A program made the position numbers and the translations under genes. A stretch of DNA of 62,062 bases, the filler included, from Choristocarpus tenellus KU-1152 (lineage: Eukaryota; Protista; Phaeophyceae), in NCBI GenBank assembly GCA_964200185.2. It is 9 parts of 9 records of this genome, joined end to end, with 100 filler letters (N's around TTAATTAATTAA, not from the genome) between each part and the next. Parts side by side here need not be neighbours in the genome. Positions count along the whole stretch, not along the records: positions 10,276 to 22,623 come from CAXNAD020001867.1; positions 22,724 to 30,960 come from CAXNAD020004951.1; 7 more parts are not named here. One strand, given 5' to 3'. The stretch's first letter is position 1. Every line of letters starts with the position of its first letter. Below, piece after piece: positions 13,801 to 27,849 of the stretch. The notes under the pieces are model-generated. The model saw nothing but the letters and a program-made list of their open reading frames with translations. It had not been told where the DNA came from and made no database searches.

Positions 13801-14682
13801 GGCGGAGGTTACCATAGCCTCCGACAGGGCCGTGGCATTGGATTGAAGCACAGATGAGGGGGAGTTGGCTGGGGATGGATCTGGATAAATGTAGTTGGAG
13901 TCTGGCTGATTTGGGGTTGGTTCCGGGACTCCGCTCCTGGGTGCCTGGTGATGAGAGGCAAAGGGAGCATGCAGGCACACAGCATAAATACAATCAGGGT
14001 TAAGATTAGGGGTGTTCTTACATTAGTACTATAGTAGGGTTGCAGCATAGGGGGGAAATGTCAAGATTTTCCTTGGACATCAGTTGGCTTGAGGGACTGT
14101 GATAGTATTAGGGACCAGCAGCAGATATATTGTGTATTATGTTTGGACTAGAATAAGGTGATACTGATCAGTTATGGGTGTAAGTGCTCACTGCGTTAGG
14201 ATTTCAGATCAAAGGTAGTCTGGAATAAGAAGCATGCATTTAATGGAATTTGAATAAAATGACAGAAAAAAAAAGAGGAGCAATCTAGATTAACCTTATA
14301 TACCAACATCTTGCCTAGAAGGAAAGGGAGGAGGGCAATGCCAAGATTTTGCGGGATCACTTGCACAGCTTAGGGTTAGGGTTTGTAGTCAAGCTGCAAA
14401 CTTCCATAGCTGCAAGAATTTTTTTTTCGAAGCAACGGACCTCTTGGTCACCAATCCTATCCCTAACCCGACACTGTAACAAAAAAGCCCATGTAGAACA
14501 TTCAAACCCTCAAATCAACACCCTAGTGATGTTCACACAAAAGCAAAAATTTCAAAACAGGTGGAAGGCAGTACCCCACCCCCACACAATAAAGGACAGC
14601 AGGGTATCAGAGGCACAACTTTGGATAATCCTGTTTGTCCCGAAATAGTCTTTGTGACTACAAAGGTGATGCACTAATACTC

Positions 14683-14721
<39 letters not shown>

Positions 14722-17700
14722 ATGTCACACCAGAAAGCAAAAAAAACAGGTCTTAATAAAAAAACTGAAGGCACAGAAGGTCCAAGAATGAAAAAAAAAA
14801 AAATCATCTCAAGTGCTACAAAGGCATTCAACACACTTCTGAAGCACACAGTATTCACCCCTCACCAAAAACCTCCCTCAACATACAACTGATTCCCAAC
14901 AACTCCAACGCACAACTCTCAACATCGCAACAGATCCCCCTCGCCCCCACACCCCCGCACACACCTTGAACGCAGGAGTAGGAACCGATGTTGTTGAGAC
15001 AGGGACCCCAGCAGGCGTGGGAGGGGTCAGCTCTGGAGCACTCTTGATTGCCCCTTTGTTTGTCACCTGAGCTGATGCTGCTGTAACCACCACTGCCGAG
15101 GCACTACTCTGGGTGACGGCAGGGGCACCCCCCGCTTCCTCATCGTCCATTCCAAGCATGGTCTTGATGCGTTCCTGCTTTTCCTTATCAACACTAGGAC
15201 TGAAAACATCCCCCGGTTTGCGTCCCTTCTTGTTCCGTGCCAGCCTGTTGGCGCCCTTGTCCAGCAAGACCTTTACATATATAATTCATACATTGTGTGT
15301 GTGCGTATGTGCATGTATTCATTCATTTGTACCAACACTGAAAAAAAAATACTGAAAAAAGAAAAAAAGTTTCAGAAAAATGAAACAAATGACAATCTCA
15401 AGACCAGAGTGTGTATCTATCTCCCCAGTGTGTGCACACACAAGGAGTGCTTCAAAAAATTAGAGCAATGTCTAGTGAAATACCCTATTAAAGGAAACAG
15501 TTTGCTGTATTTCAACATGAACTCTCTCTTCCTGATCCAAATTCACCAATAAATTCACCCCTCCCATGTTCTCAAAATGCATCCAACTCTTGTGGCTATC
15601 AAAAAGGTCTTGTGGAATCACCTGCTCTTTCTTTCAAATATCAGACACACTACAATAGTGCCAAAAAACAAAAACAATTTTTCAGTGCTGTGCTATTCCT
15701 ACCTCTCCCCAACTTTCTTTACATTTGATACAATAAGAAGTGAAACGCTAACCTCATTCCAAACCCAACAACTCAAAAAATAAAATAAAATATACCTGGA
15801 ACCCAAAAAGGTTGAAATAGTAACAGTGATCATATGCCTTAACATTATCATCATAAGTGCAACTCCCCATAATAACCATAAACCTACCTCATCAAGTACA
15901 GGACCTAACCTAGCACCACATCACATCTATAATCCAAAGCAACCCACAGAGACTAACATACACACACATTAGTCACAAGCCACCACTGCAGTAGAAAATC
16001 AACTAATAATCTCAATCGACTGTGTTAATTGTGCCAATCACAATTGTAACAAACAAAATTCCCACTGCATGACACTCGCCTCATATCATCCTAACTAACA
16101 CTTCACTCAACTACATAGATGTATGAGTATGTCCCACCTAATCGACACTAACCCATAAACATACAACAAACACCTCCAAATACCCTCTCCTATCGCAAAC
16201 CACTCCAAGGCCCTAAAACACCTTCCCGGCTTCAAAGCAAAGCAAAGCTCATTAGCCCACTGAATAAACTCCCCACCAGTCGCATCAGTTCTATTGGCAT
16301 AGCACCCTCTTATGTCGCTTGTTGAAGTGACAGTCACCCCCCTAAATATGTCAATGCTCCTTGGGTCACTGGACTAGGTCCCATCACCTTTGCACATCTA
16401 TCCACATATTACACACATTTTTCCAGCGCATGTCGGGCGTGTCTTAACACAGTTGCAACCGTCTTGTGTTGACAGACACATGAAACAGTAGTCAAGATCG
16501 TATCCTTGGGGGCAAGAGCACATACCCATTCACCAAAAATGCCTATCTTTGCTGACCAACATGTTTCTGTGTCAACATTTTGAGTGCATCTATGGGATCG
16601 GCCCCCCTACCCCCCCATCAGCCCCCCTACCCCCCTCCTCTCCCTGCCTGAAGCCTGCCATCCAGCACTGTGCTTAAACTACATTCCACACTGTCAAAAT
16701 ATTTATAAATTAAAACACCAACAGCAACACAGTGTTTTCAATTGTTGCACTTGACACACACACAAACAAGCACACAACATAAAACGCCTGACAAAACTAC
16801 GTGCAAATATTGGAGCAAAGGTTAGGGTTAGAGAGACGGCACACACCTCAACCACCTCTGGGTGACCATAATAAGCAGCCCTCCAAAGCGGTGTGTAGAG
16901 GGCATTATCTTCAGCCTCCATTTTTGCTCCATTATCTAGCAGGCGTTTTGTTACCTCGATGTGACCCATACCTGCTGCAACATGGAGAGGGGACAGATTG
17001 TCCTGGGGAAGGGGAGGGGGGGGAGGGAAGGGGGAAAGAAACAGGAGTGAAGAACCTACCACACAAAAAGGGTAAACATTCAAAATCATTAAATCATACT
17101 GCAGTAGGCAGAGAGGATACAATTAATACCAGTACCACAGACAACAGATCACCAGTTCACTAAGGTGGTGAATAACCAGAGCTAACAATGCAATACATTC
17201 CTCACAAACCCTACAGTTCCAAAAGCAGCTAGATAAAACAGTCATCTCAACACAAAACATTTTCATCCAAGATGTGTGACACAAGGCACTAGTATCAGCA
17301 AGCTGTGTTGTATTCCATACCTAACCATCAATCGTCAAGAGTCAGAAGGTCTAAGATATAGCGGCACATTATTATAAACAATGTATCAGGGTGATACATA
17401 TTCGCTTTTTTCCCCTTATTCTCTTGACTCATATCAATTTCTACAAATTTTACTACTACCCCCAAAAAGATTGACTCTGAAGACAGTTTTGACCCACCAT
17501 ACAAACTCCCAACTGTCCTATCACACCAAGCAGCAAGGGGATCAAGCCAAAACAACCTGCAATTCTCCCCGACCTGTCCACCTAACCCACAAATATATGT
17601 GCAAAACAGCACGTAGGCCAAGGACTGCTGTACATTTCTGTGAACCCTGAAGGTGTCCGTACGCTACACTATTCTCAGTTTCTCAGTTTCTCAGTTTCAT

Positions 17701-20700
17701 GTTTTTCATTGCTATGCCCACTTCATACCACAATTTTTCCTAGCCTTGGCTGAAGGATCACCATTCTACCTCTGATTTGTGTTAATTCGCCCACAAATGG
17801 TGAGAATAAATGCCCAATGACAACAAGGAAGCAAGAGATTTTTCCAATCAGATTTTCTCACAGGGTTGTCAAGCACCCTGGTTATCATGCATACCAAGGT
17901 GTTATTTCTAACCCTCCAGAAAAAGAACCCCCCAAAAAGATAGGAAACCAATGTTCGCTAGTATAGTCTACACTCCGTAGGAAGACCCATGAATCATGAA
18001 GTCCAATGCTGTGCTTAGCGAAATGTGGTAATTGGAAGATCTTACCCAGTCTGATTCTTATGAGGAATTCAACTATCACCAGCTCCCACAAAATAATTGT
18101 CTTGTGGAAGAAATTCTTCACAACAAGTACTCATAATGTGTTACATGGTAGGGTTATTGTTAGCAACAACACCCATCCTATCTTTAGAAATGTTAAAAAA
18201 AATTGAAACTAAACACTTCTGGCTGTGATCACCTGCCAGTGATTGGATTGTCATACGAGAAATGGAGGATACCTACAGCCAATATTTCCAGCTATCTACA
18301 TATACAAAGTTTAATACCTTATCAATAAAAAACATCTGTATGACATTATTGCATACTGGCTATCTCAGGAAAACATCACGCAAAAAAACACATTGCAGTT
18401 ATATATAGCCAGTTCATTGCAGTTATATATACCCAGCTCATGTACATGCATGACACTATCACAGTAAAGAAACAAGGACTTAATGGACTTGGTGTACCAA
18501 ACAATTCAGATCTTACAGACAATCCCTCTTCAACCTTCTCAGTTTTTGTGAGGACATGCAAGGCACGGATGTTGTCCACAACCAAGGCCCAACATCCAAA
18601 AGGGCACAAAATCGCACATAGGTCACAAAAGTGGGTCACCAAGAAGTAGACAACCATACACCACCTTATTCCGAGCTTCCAGGTTGGCGCTAAAGTTGAT
18701 CAGGCCTGTGACAATGTCCAGGTTTCCCTGATCATAGAAGGCGATGGAGGAAACACTACATATATTAGTCAGAGTCGACATTATACAATTATATTGACTA
18801 TTGGAAAGTTGGGTCAAGCACAGCAGCCATTAGGGGCGGAGGCAATATCTGCATGGATGCATGGACTTAATTAACATGGCATATATCACCTACCTTCAAG
18901 ACTATAAAATTAGGTAATTTCAGGACCAATGCAGTACTCTTAAACAAGGTCGAGAGGGTGCATAGAGATTGATACATTTCCCCCATTGAAAACGTTAAAG
19001 CTAGCACTAATGACAGAGCAATGGAAACACCGGTGAAATAGTTTGTTTAACATAAAATTGTTTGTTTAATATAAAATAGTTTGTTTAACATAAAATATAT
19101 TGTATTCATACTTACAATTAAACATATCTATTATAGACAACCACTTGTGCAAAGATCAGATCTATATGTATACATCCAAATAACCATAAGTATTTGGAGC
19201 ACACACCACACAAGGATGTAAAAAAAGAGAAAAAAATCAAACCCAAGTCTCTCAAACAGGGAGGGTCAGTTCCACCCTCCACTAGTCAACTTATTGAGAA
19301 GGGACTTCTGGTAGAGTGGTCCCTTGCACATTGAAATATCTGGTTAAAGGTTCGGAATAACAGTTTGTCTAGAGCTTAACCTGCTGCTGCAGTCCAATCC
19401 AAAAGACTAGAAACCAAGCGCATGTTCTGGACCTTGAATGATCACACACGATGCAAAGTTTATGTGTACATAAAGCTGAGTACCAGCACTTCTTGAGTCT
19501 TACAAAACGACCAAACATGCTGCAGCAAATGAACACGGTTGCTGGAGACACCTTTTGTATCGCATCAAAAAACTACACGCATGGTACACATATTGGGGTC
19601 CAAACCAACTGCTCAGAACAACTGCATCAGGGAAGTCATTGACCAACATTTCTCATTTGTTTGCCGGATAAGTACAAGGTGATGATACATATCATAAAAT
19701 AGCTTAGATGGGAGACACACAACAACATATCAAGAACAAGCATACAAAAATGCAATGTCGACTAGGAGCACAATAACATTTCTGTGATTATAATACTATA
19801 AAAGCACAAGACCATGGAAGCACTGAGCCGTGCACGGCATTGAGTCAGATCCAAAACAACTTAACAGTGACAGCCCAACAAAACGAAACGGATGCATCGT
19901 ACAGCACAGATCGCAAGGGTTTCTCTGTTACCGTGTCATCATCATGACATATGAATGCTCTTGTCTAGATACTTGTTTAGTATTGGACAGTGCCGTCAAC
20001 AATATTTCAATATGCCCAACGGACAAATGATGAGGGACAGATCAGTCAGATGTGCTTCCAAAGGAAAGAAGGGTGTGGAAATCCGGTTCTTTTCTTTTGC
20101 CAACGACTCTCAAAAAACAACCAGGAGCATCCAAAAGATAACTCCCCATTCCTGCATGGTACTACTCCACCATAAGTACACAATGAAAAGAGCCCACCAA
20201 CAGAAACATGGGCAATTAAATGTCTCTTTAAACAACAAGTGCTCTTCAATGCACAGCACCACCACTGGCGTACAATCACCTCAGAGAATATTCCCCAAAC
20301 AAGACGATGGAAGAGAGGAAAATGGACAAGATGATGACCTCTCACCTGGTGTCACTGTTCCAATCACCCTTTTCTTCAACATGCTCTGTCCTATTCAACA
20401 AAAAAAAAACAGTTGACCAAACAATGGTAGTAGACTGCCTCACAGAGACTACAGACAGAGAAGTCAAGACCTCATGTTGTCTTCATTTTAGGTTGGGCTT
20501 CCTATTCTACAATAGCTGCGCATGAATAGATGAGAATTGTGGGACTTATCCTACATACTACATACCTACAGAAGGCAGTAGGCACTGCAGGCATCTCATT
20601 CTATTAATAGTATATCAAGCCATCACCAATTCATCTACATGTTCAAATGGTGTACTGCTATTGCATAGAATAGAGGACTCATTCCTTCAGTCCCAATTTC

Positions 20701-21574
20701 CACACTTCTGGATACATCAATGAAATCCTTAAACTAAATCTGCAGTGCTTCAAGAAACATGCACAGCTGTCAGGAATCAAGAAGAACAAAAACTGACAAA
20801 TTTGTGGACAAGAAATTTGAAAAATATGGAAAATTAGGTTCACAAAAGAGTATCAGTTACCATTTGTAGAGCTACAGTAGCTGAATACCAGCTCAATTAG
20901 GTGACCTATACAATCTTAATTAATAGAATTGAGCACGAAACGTACCTCCACACTACGGACAATCCGACCAGACAGCAGAGTGTTTTCGTATTCATTCGAC
21001 TTACAACTTAGAGCTCATGGAACCATAAGCTTGTTCAGAGGCTCTCCAGTCGCATTTATGATCAATAAACATAAAATTCAAAGCTTTTTAACACCCTGCA
21101 ATGAAAAATACTTCTCACGGTACTCATCAACCAATACATCAACTCATGATTTGATCAATTGAGTCATCCCTCAAAGTTGAGCTAAGAAAGGGACAAGTTG
21201 AAACAATAATCAAGCATTGTCAATTGAGGGCAAACTCAATTAGCACGACCTGCAGATCAAAGGGAACAGAACAGCTTCATAACTTAGAGTCTAATGTATT
21301 ATCTAGTAAAAATAGTAGATCTCACCTCTCGACAGGCATAATGCAGAGGTGTTGACTGCAGATCGTTCACCGGATCTACTGCTGCATTGCGTGACATCAG
21401 CACCCCCACGATATCAAAGTGACTCTCCTGGCACGCCCAGTGTAGCGGCGTATTGTTGTCCCTATCTCGCTGATTTACATCTCCCCCGTCATCGATGTAT
21501 TGAAGCAAAGCGTCCAAGTCTCCCTGTTCCGTGCACCCGTATGTGCCGAATTCACGAAAGATGGAGTAGTTACT
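10834..21574 (-). CDS. Multi-exon ankyrin-repeat protein with low-complexity linker and C-terminal coiled coil (both ends uncertain)
   Basis: Phase-consistent GT-AG exons: ~21574-21326 (NTPLHWAC, STPLHYAC), 18727-18665, 17002-16847 (SPLHVAA, TPLWRAA), 15270-14965, 13944-13607, 12456-12378, 12149-12073, 11311-11254, 10903-10834. About four TPLH-type ankyrin repeats. The last four exons are E/K/L/Q-rich heptads. Start and stop exons are not securely located. Confidence 0.88.
14685..14718. repeat. (TG/CA)n microsatellite
   Basis: Perfect dinucleotide run. Similar runs at about 31595-31634, 33185-33218, 34754-34791 and 51927-51978; (AG/CT)n at about 52261-52280, 52693-52714 and 61478-61504. Confidence 0.97.
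19036..19092. repeat. 19-bp tandem repeat x3
   Basis: AAATAGTTTGTTTAACATA units inside an ankyrin-gene intron. Confidence 0.9.
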
Positions 21575-22723
21575 CTGCTAGCTCCACCAGGGGGTCACTG
21601 TAACCTTGAACCACAGTTCAAGGTCAAAGGGTCTTTCGGTACCAGTTTTTCCAGGAAGTGCTACATAACATATCCACCCTCGTCATCACCAGATGTGTGG
21701 GTTGGGCTCTCTGTTGAAGTACTTCGAATATGTAGTAAAATCCACCCCCCCAAATGGGCCCATTTTCCAGCTAAAAGAAAGGAAAACATCAACATGTGTG
21801 GTTCCCAGCGCTTGCTGGACCCTTAAGTAATCTTCTGCTACATTCGGTTCAAGCTGGCTCCCGTGGTAGAAACTCTCACCTGCATGGCGGCCTTCCACGG
21901 ATCCACCCCATCTATTTCCACCTCTTGCTCAGACTCGAGCTTCATCTCCTCCGATGCTGAGTAAGAAACCGCTGTCTGCATAACTCCCCCAGAATTCCTA
22001 TCGTCCTTGGTTCTGTTACCGAAAAAGCTGCCGAAACAAATGCAGGGGTAAGTGATGACATCATCTGTATTGCCAACAGGCGGAGGGAGGCAACTAGACT
22101 CACTTTGAAGGTTCTTCGGGAATACTTGACCTTGGTCAATTTTGTCGTAGCAATCAACGCCTCAGACAACGGCACTTTCGAATTTGGTGTCCCTACGCGA
22201 TTAATCGCCACGCCAGCAAGAACACCATAGGATCGAGGTGTTTACTAAGACCATCCCAAGAACAGGTACTATGGATCACCATGAAATCACCACTTGTATG
22301 AGATTAGAGATCAGCCAAAGAGAGCGGACCACTTTCCACATCATTCATGTATATTATGTAACAGGATTTCCCTAGACCTAATGGGTTGGGTCCATGATAA
22401 TAAGCGATGACACGAACTAAGGGGTATACACCAGCGACAAGGGAAGACATATACAATAATTTTACACAAACAAGCATGAGTATCCAGCTTCCGAATCTCA
22501 CCTCATGCGATGTTGCAGACACTCTCAAAAATCCGCCCCTCCTCCCGTCAAGGCGGTGGAGGGCACGTGCACGTCTTCCCCTCCAATATGTGACCACTCC
22601 TTCGAATTCACGATAATATGAACNNNNNNNNNNNNNNNNNNNNNNNNNNNNNNNNNNNNNNNNNNNNTTAATTAATTAANNNNNNNNNNNNNNNNNNNNN
22701 NNNNNNNNNNNNNNNNNNNNNNN

Positions 22724-22758
22724 GGACCGCCCCCCCCCCCCCCCAGATACTTTCAGCC
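22724..22758 (-). mobile_element. Terminus of poly-G TIR family
   Basis: Reverse complement reads GGCTGAAAGTATCT-Gn-CGGTCC at a contig start. Confidence 0.7.
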
Positions 22759-23220
22759 AATTGAATAGTGCACCAGAGACCTTGTGGTTTGCGATCCTAA
22801 GAAGAAATTCTTTGTAGATAATATCCACGTAAAAGGTCTCTAGGTGTAAGACTCCTCACTGGGAGGAAGAATGGGTTGACAGTGCCATGGGATCATCAAC
22901 TGTGTAAAACTCCTCCTCGAAATCACACAGACTTGCCAGAAGTTCTCTGAATGAAGCCCCCCACACCCCTTGGACCTTGGAGGTTTGCCTAATGATGTCG
23001 TTATGTTCCAGTGATCAAAAACAATTTAATACTGCACTAAGGCATACAACTTATGGGCACTATCCTTCACTTTGCAGTTGGGATTCTAATGAAGCCTCAC
23101 CCAAGATTCCACCCCTAAACTATTACTAAAATAGCCAGGAGTCGCCTCCTGTCTCCCCTTTCCTGCCCATCACCTACCCTTCTGTGCCGTCCTATCCCTC
23201 CCTCTTGACCAATGCAACAG

Positions 23221-25232
23221 TGACTCAGTGGAGGAGCAGCATACGGGTATGAAACAAACAGCAAGCATTGAAAGCTTGCTGCAAGAGGCTTTGGAAGAGA
23301 GCAAAACATCAGCAAACACGTCAGGTTTGATGGGGGTGGGAGGAGTGAATGCCAATAGAAGTGGGTATGAGGACACAGAGGAGTCAGCGGTTCCGAGTTT
23401 GGCATTGGTCGTAGCTGCAGCTGCAGCTACAAGGGCAGAGACGCCAAAAGATAATGAAGTTAAGGAGCCAGCAGAGGCTGAGAAGGAGGGTCACCAAAGA
23501 GGTCTCAAGGCAGTTACGGAAACGATGCAAGGCAAGAGCCTTGCTCTCGCCAAAGAAAAGGTACAATGTAACCCTGTTACCTCTCAGATCAAAGTTCCAA
23601 GCTTGTCCTCTCTCATGTGTGGTCTATGCAACATAATCTTCACATCAATCTGATCGCCACATATTGGATTATGCTACACAATGTATGATGCTACACAAAT
23701 CTGTAGACCACAGGTTTAGGACACCTCAGACTAACAAGAAGAATAACAATTTCAATATGTCAACCAAAGTGCATTGGAAAGCTCTGTCTCAACTGGACTA
23801 ACATATGAAGGCATGACAGATCCCGAAAAAAATATAACCTTTTTCCTGAAGCTATTATTTCAATACACGCTTCAACATAGTTATGATACTTAGAAGTAAG
23901 TACTTAGATCTGTATGTTACATTTATTGCTATCAATATTGTTGCTGGTGTTCTTATTGTTACTGTTATTGTTGTTGGAATCCGAGATGTCATGTTTTTCT
24001 AATTTCTTGTCAAAACGATAGTTGATCTTCTTTACACCATCAATCTCTAGTAGTAAATCCACATGTAATGGCAATATCATGCTGGGTAGACCACAGCAGC
24101 TGTAGCTACAAGGATACACAGATCAGGCCACCTGAAGTTCATCCTCAAGTTCCTGAACGCAAAAAGCTTTGTTCACAGGTTGCTACAAAGCGACGTGAGC
24201 GACTCTGAGCTGTCTTTTAGAGCACAATCTTTAACTATCTACTTCCAATTTTCCTTTTTGCTCAGCTCTTTTCCTGGGGCTTCAAAAGAGGAGCATTAGT
24301 GCTACCCAGTCTCCAAGCCCGCATACTAAATGCCCCAGAGGTTAATACTCAGGTCGGGCCCTTCGATATCCCTTGGCTAAGGGATTTTAATGAGGTGGGC
24401 CTTGTTCAGTGGTGACTCTTGATAATAATATGCCTCGAGCTGACTTTCTATCAAAGTAGTGAAAGGGATAGGTGGACAGTCAGACATTGTGGACAACCTT
24501 CACAAAAAATAATTATTCAATATTGTCAGCTGTAAGTCTTTATCGTTAAGGACATCGTCATCAATGATGGAATACCTTTTCTTATCCCATCCCGGGTTTC
24601 CGTTGGCTCACTCCTCTCACTGTTGACCTCCAATCTTGTCTTCCTCTTTTCCTCCCCATTCCTCCTGCCAAAAATATTATACATTTCATATTTATCACAT
24701 GTCATTGTTACATGTTCTAATTGATCTCTGCTCTCTTAACACACTACCTGTGATGGTGATATTGTCCCCTATTGTGGGCATGCTCTTTACCCTATCGTCC
24801 TTGTGTGAACAGCATGACCGGAGGAAGCTGTACATCAAGTCGGTGGCAAAAGAAGCACCTTGGGGTGGGGTAAAGGTCGGGGACATCCTATCTCTCAAAG
24901 AGGGCCAGGGTCGTGCCCATGGCAGGGGCCACGACAGGGGTCAAGGTCAGGGAGACGGTTTGTCAGATGCAGCCTTGAATGTTCAGGGTCAAGGAGGTAC
25001 AGCCAGCTTGAGAGGTATTGCTAATACTGACTGTGAAGCTTCAGATGTCTTCCCTGGAGAAGTGACACCATACGGTTCTATTGAGGATGCTGCTGACAGA
25101 AATGCGTGCTTTATCATCATGCGCGTGCCCGATGGGAAATGGTTTAGCCATGATACCCCTCCTGAGGCAGGTTGTGGAAAGACAGTGCAAGAGACAAGTG
25201 TACAGGATGGGAAGGAAGGGGGTGGAGCATAA
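23221..25232 (+). CDS. Last two exons of an uncharacterised protein
   Basis: Exon 23221-23560 (CAG acceptor, GT donor, A/E-rich) joins in phase 0 to exon 24813-25232 (CAG acceptor; HDRRKLYIKSVAKEAPWGGVKVGDILSL...FIIMRVPDGKWFSHD...stop). Both follow pyrimidine-rich tracts. No family recognised. Confidence 0.6.
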
Positions 25233-27849
25233 TTCCATGTGAGTAGGGTAGAGTAGTGATATATCAACCGCAACAGTGTTGACCTAGCTGCTGGGCGTTG
25301 GCAACATTGCTGAGGTAGCCCAAGCAAGGTAACGAAGAAGATCACATTACATATACAAATTGCATCTGCTTCTTGAAATGCGTGTTGGACTTGGAGTCCA
25401 GTGGCCCGGTCATGAGGGGCTCTACTTCTTGAGAAGTACTAGATAACAATTTTTCTCCTTTGGTCTTCAAACCAGTGGGTGTGATGAGTTGCAAAATATC
25501 AAAGGGGTAGGTGGGAGGGTAGGGAGATTTCGATGAGTGATATCTCTCCTAGTAGCACATCTGGACCAGGAGGTGGGCATGCCCACAATTGCCCGGCGTC
25601 TTAATATCTACATATATCCAATGTGTGGTCTGAGACGCTGTAAGACATCCACCTGTCACCGCTCATGTACAGTTCGAAGATTTTAGAGCATGTGTAGAAT
25701 CGAAAACATGAGAGTCTGAGAAAATTATTTCTATTCATTTGGTGATAGACTTGATTTTTCTACTAAGTCCCTTTACCAAATTACGGGTGTGTGTCATCAC
25801 GGATCGCTCTGCGTAACTTCCAAGTTGACTTCAATATGTCGGAAATTTTGTACTAAATACTGTCTCTCTTGAAGAACCTCTTTACAAGATTAGGTATTGT
25901 AGTACCGATTGCTAGATTGTGGAGGGGTGAATATCTGTAACTATCATCAGACACCCCCCCCCTTCCCTTCCATCTGTGCTTCGATCGTTCTTTGCTGAAC
26001 ATTCTTGAGGGGATTGTTGACTCATAATATGACTTGTTTTATATGCCCCTGGCCTGTGATGACTCTATTACAATTTTGAATTTCCTGTTTGTCAAGTTCA
26101 AGCTTAAAATTACATATAGACCCATGGCTCAACATATATTGTGGAGTATGTATTTATTCTGATCATCAAATTTTGACCAAGCAGCCACAGACCCCCCCTG
26201 GCACACCCCACCCCTTCGAACCAGGCGCAGGACATCCACACTATCCAGGCATAGCTGCCCCTGCCATTCTTCCTCGTGCAACTAGATTATCGTGACTGCT
26301 AGGTGGCGAAGCTTTTCCTCTTTTTCCCCAGTCGCAGACCACACACACACCGTGCCCTCCCCTCACTACTACCCAAGTGCTGTGGGTCCTTAGTGGAAGA
26401 TGTTTTACATCTCTTTTTCCCCCACCACAACCCCCACAGGTTTACCCAGGCACACATTCCCCACGGTTTCCTTCTTCCTGGGGTTGCTGTTACACTGTGA
26501 GTACCAACTGGCGGAGCTTCCGTTCCTCTCTCTCCCATCTCGCACCCTCCCCTGCAACCCACTCACGTCATCATTCCCTCCAGTACCTATCCTGGCTATA
26601 GAAAGTCTGCATTCGTCCATTGTGGTTGTTGGAAGTGGGAGACAGGAGTTCTGAACAGGATCATCGCTACGCAGAATTGTCTCAAAATTGAGTGTAGGTA
26701 ATTCTCGAAATGAGTGTAGTTTGAAAACATCGTAAAGAAATAAGTTGGGACATGAGGTGCTGGGATCAAGAACACAAGGGATGTCGCTGCAATACAGGAG
26801 ATGTTACGAGGGACGCTCAGTAAAGAAAGAAAGAACACTTTCGCCACACATTCGTCTGAGGCAGAGATACGCACGAATACAGACACACAAATTAGAACAA
26901 AGGTCATACTCCCACCTCAGTCGCCTCTTTCCCCCTGCTCAAACCATCGACGTTTTTCATACATTCGACGCTTCGAAGAAGGGAAGTCTTCACCTCCATG
27001 CACCCACATTGACCATGAACAACAACCTCACCTTGTCCGCTTGGGGTGGCAGTAAGTAGGTCGTGAAAGTGGTTTGCTTGACACAATTGCGCACAAACCC
27101 ACACTCTAGTAGGTAACGTTGGATGGGAAACTCATTGCATTAGGAAAGATAATAATAAGTTTGAATAGAAGGGCAAACAGTGCCAGAGTGCCGACGAACA
27201 TCAGTCACCAAGGGTACGACGAAGTACGAGACAAGTCAATTATCACAAAGGCACACTTGTCTTCATTGGATGTAGCATGAGTTGGAAACACCAAACTGTT
27301 GAGAGTACCATGGTTAAAGAAGTGAATGGATACCATACCTCGCCTTCATGCAATTGATGACACTAAAACGACCACACTCACAATGATGAGGAAGATGACG
27401 ACAGATTAATCAACCACACCCTCCATCACGATAGATTCTATTATTACAACATAGTTAAATCGTCTCAAAAAATTTCGATGTACCCGATTATAATCGAATC
27501 ATCTAATATGTGTATCGGGCGAGACACACTTCGCACGGGCTAGCGCTGACCAGCACGTACCTCTGGCAGCCAAAAAACTTCCTTGATGTCAAAATTATTC
27601 GACATTTTCCTCTATGTATTTTCCCCACTACTATTTTAATAGATACACTAATAATGTGAGGAATGTATAATTACATCAATATTGTTTTTGAAGACAGAAC
27701 TGAAGAATTGTCAAGACTTCACAGAAATGGGATGTAGGTACTATGATGCATGTATTTATATTATGTGTGGGTACACACCATTATTACTGTTTGTTGTCAC
27801 TTCACTTTTCCAGTAGTATCTTTTCTGTCGCCTTTTCTTGGCAGCGTCT

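Noticed and set aside
26940-27000. EF-hand-like peptide IDVFHTFDASKKGSL
   Set aside because: No convincing splice sites or partner exons, so probably chance.
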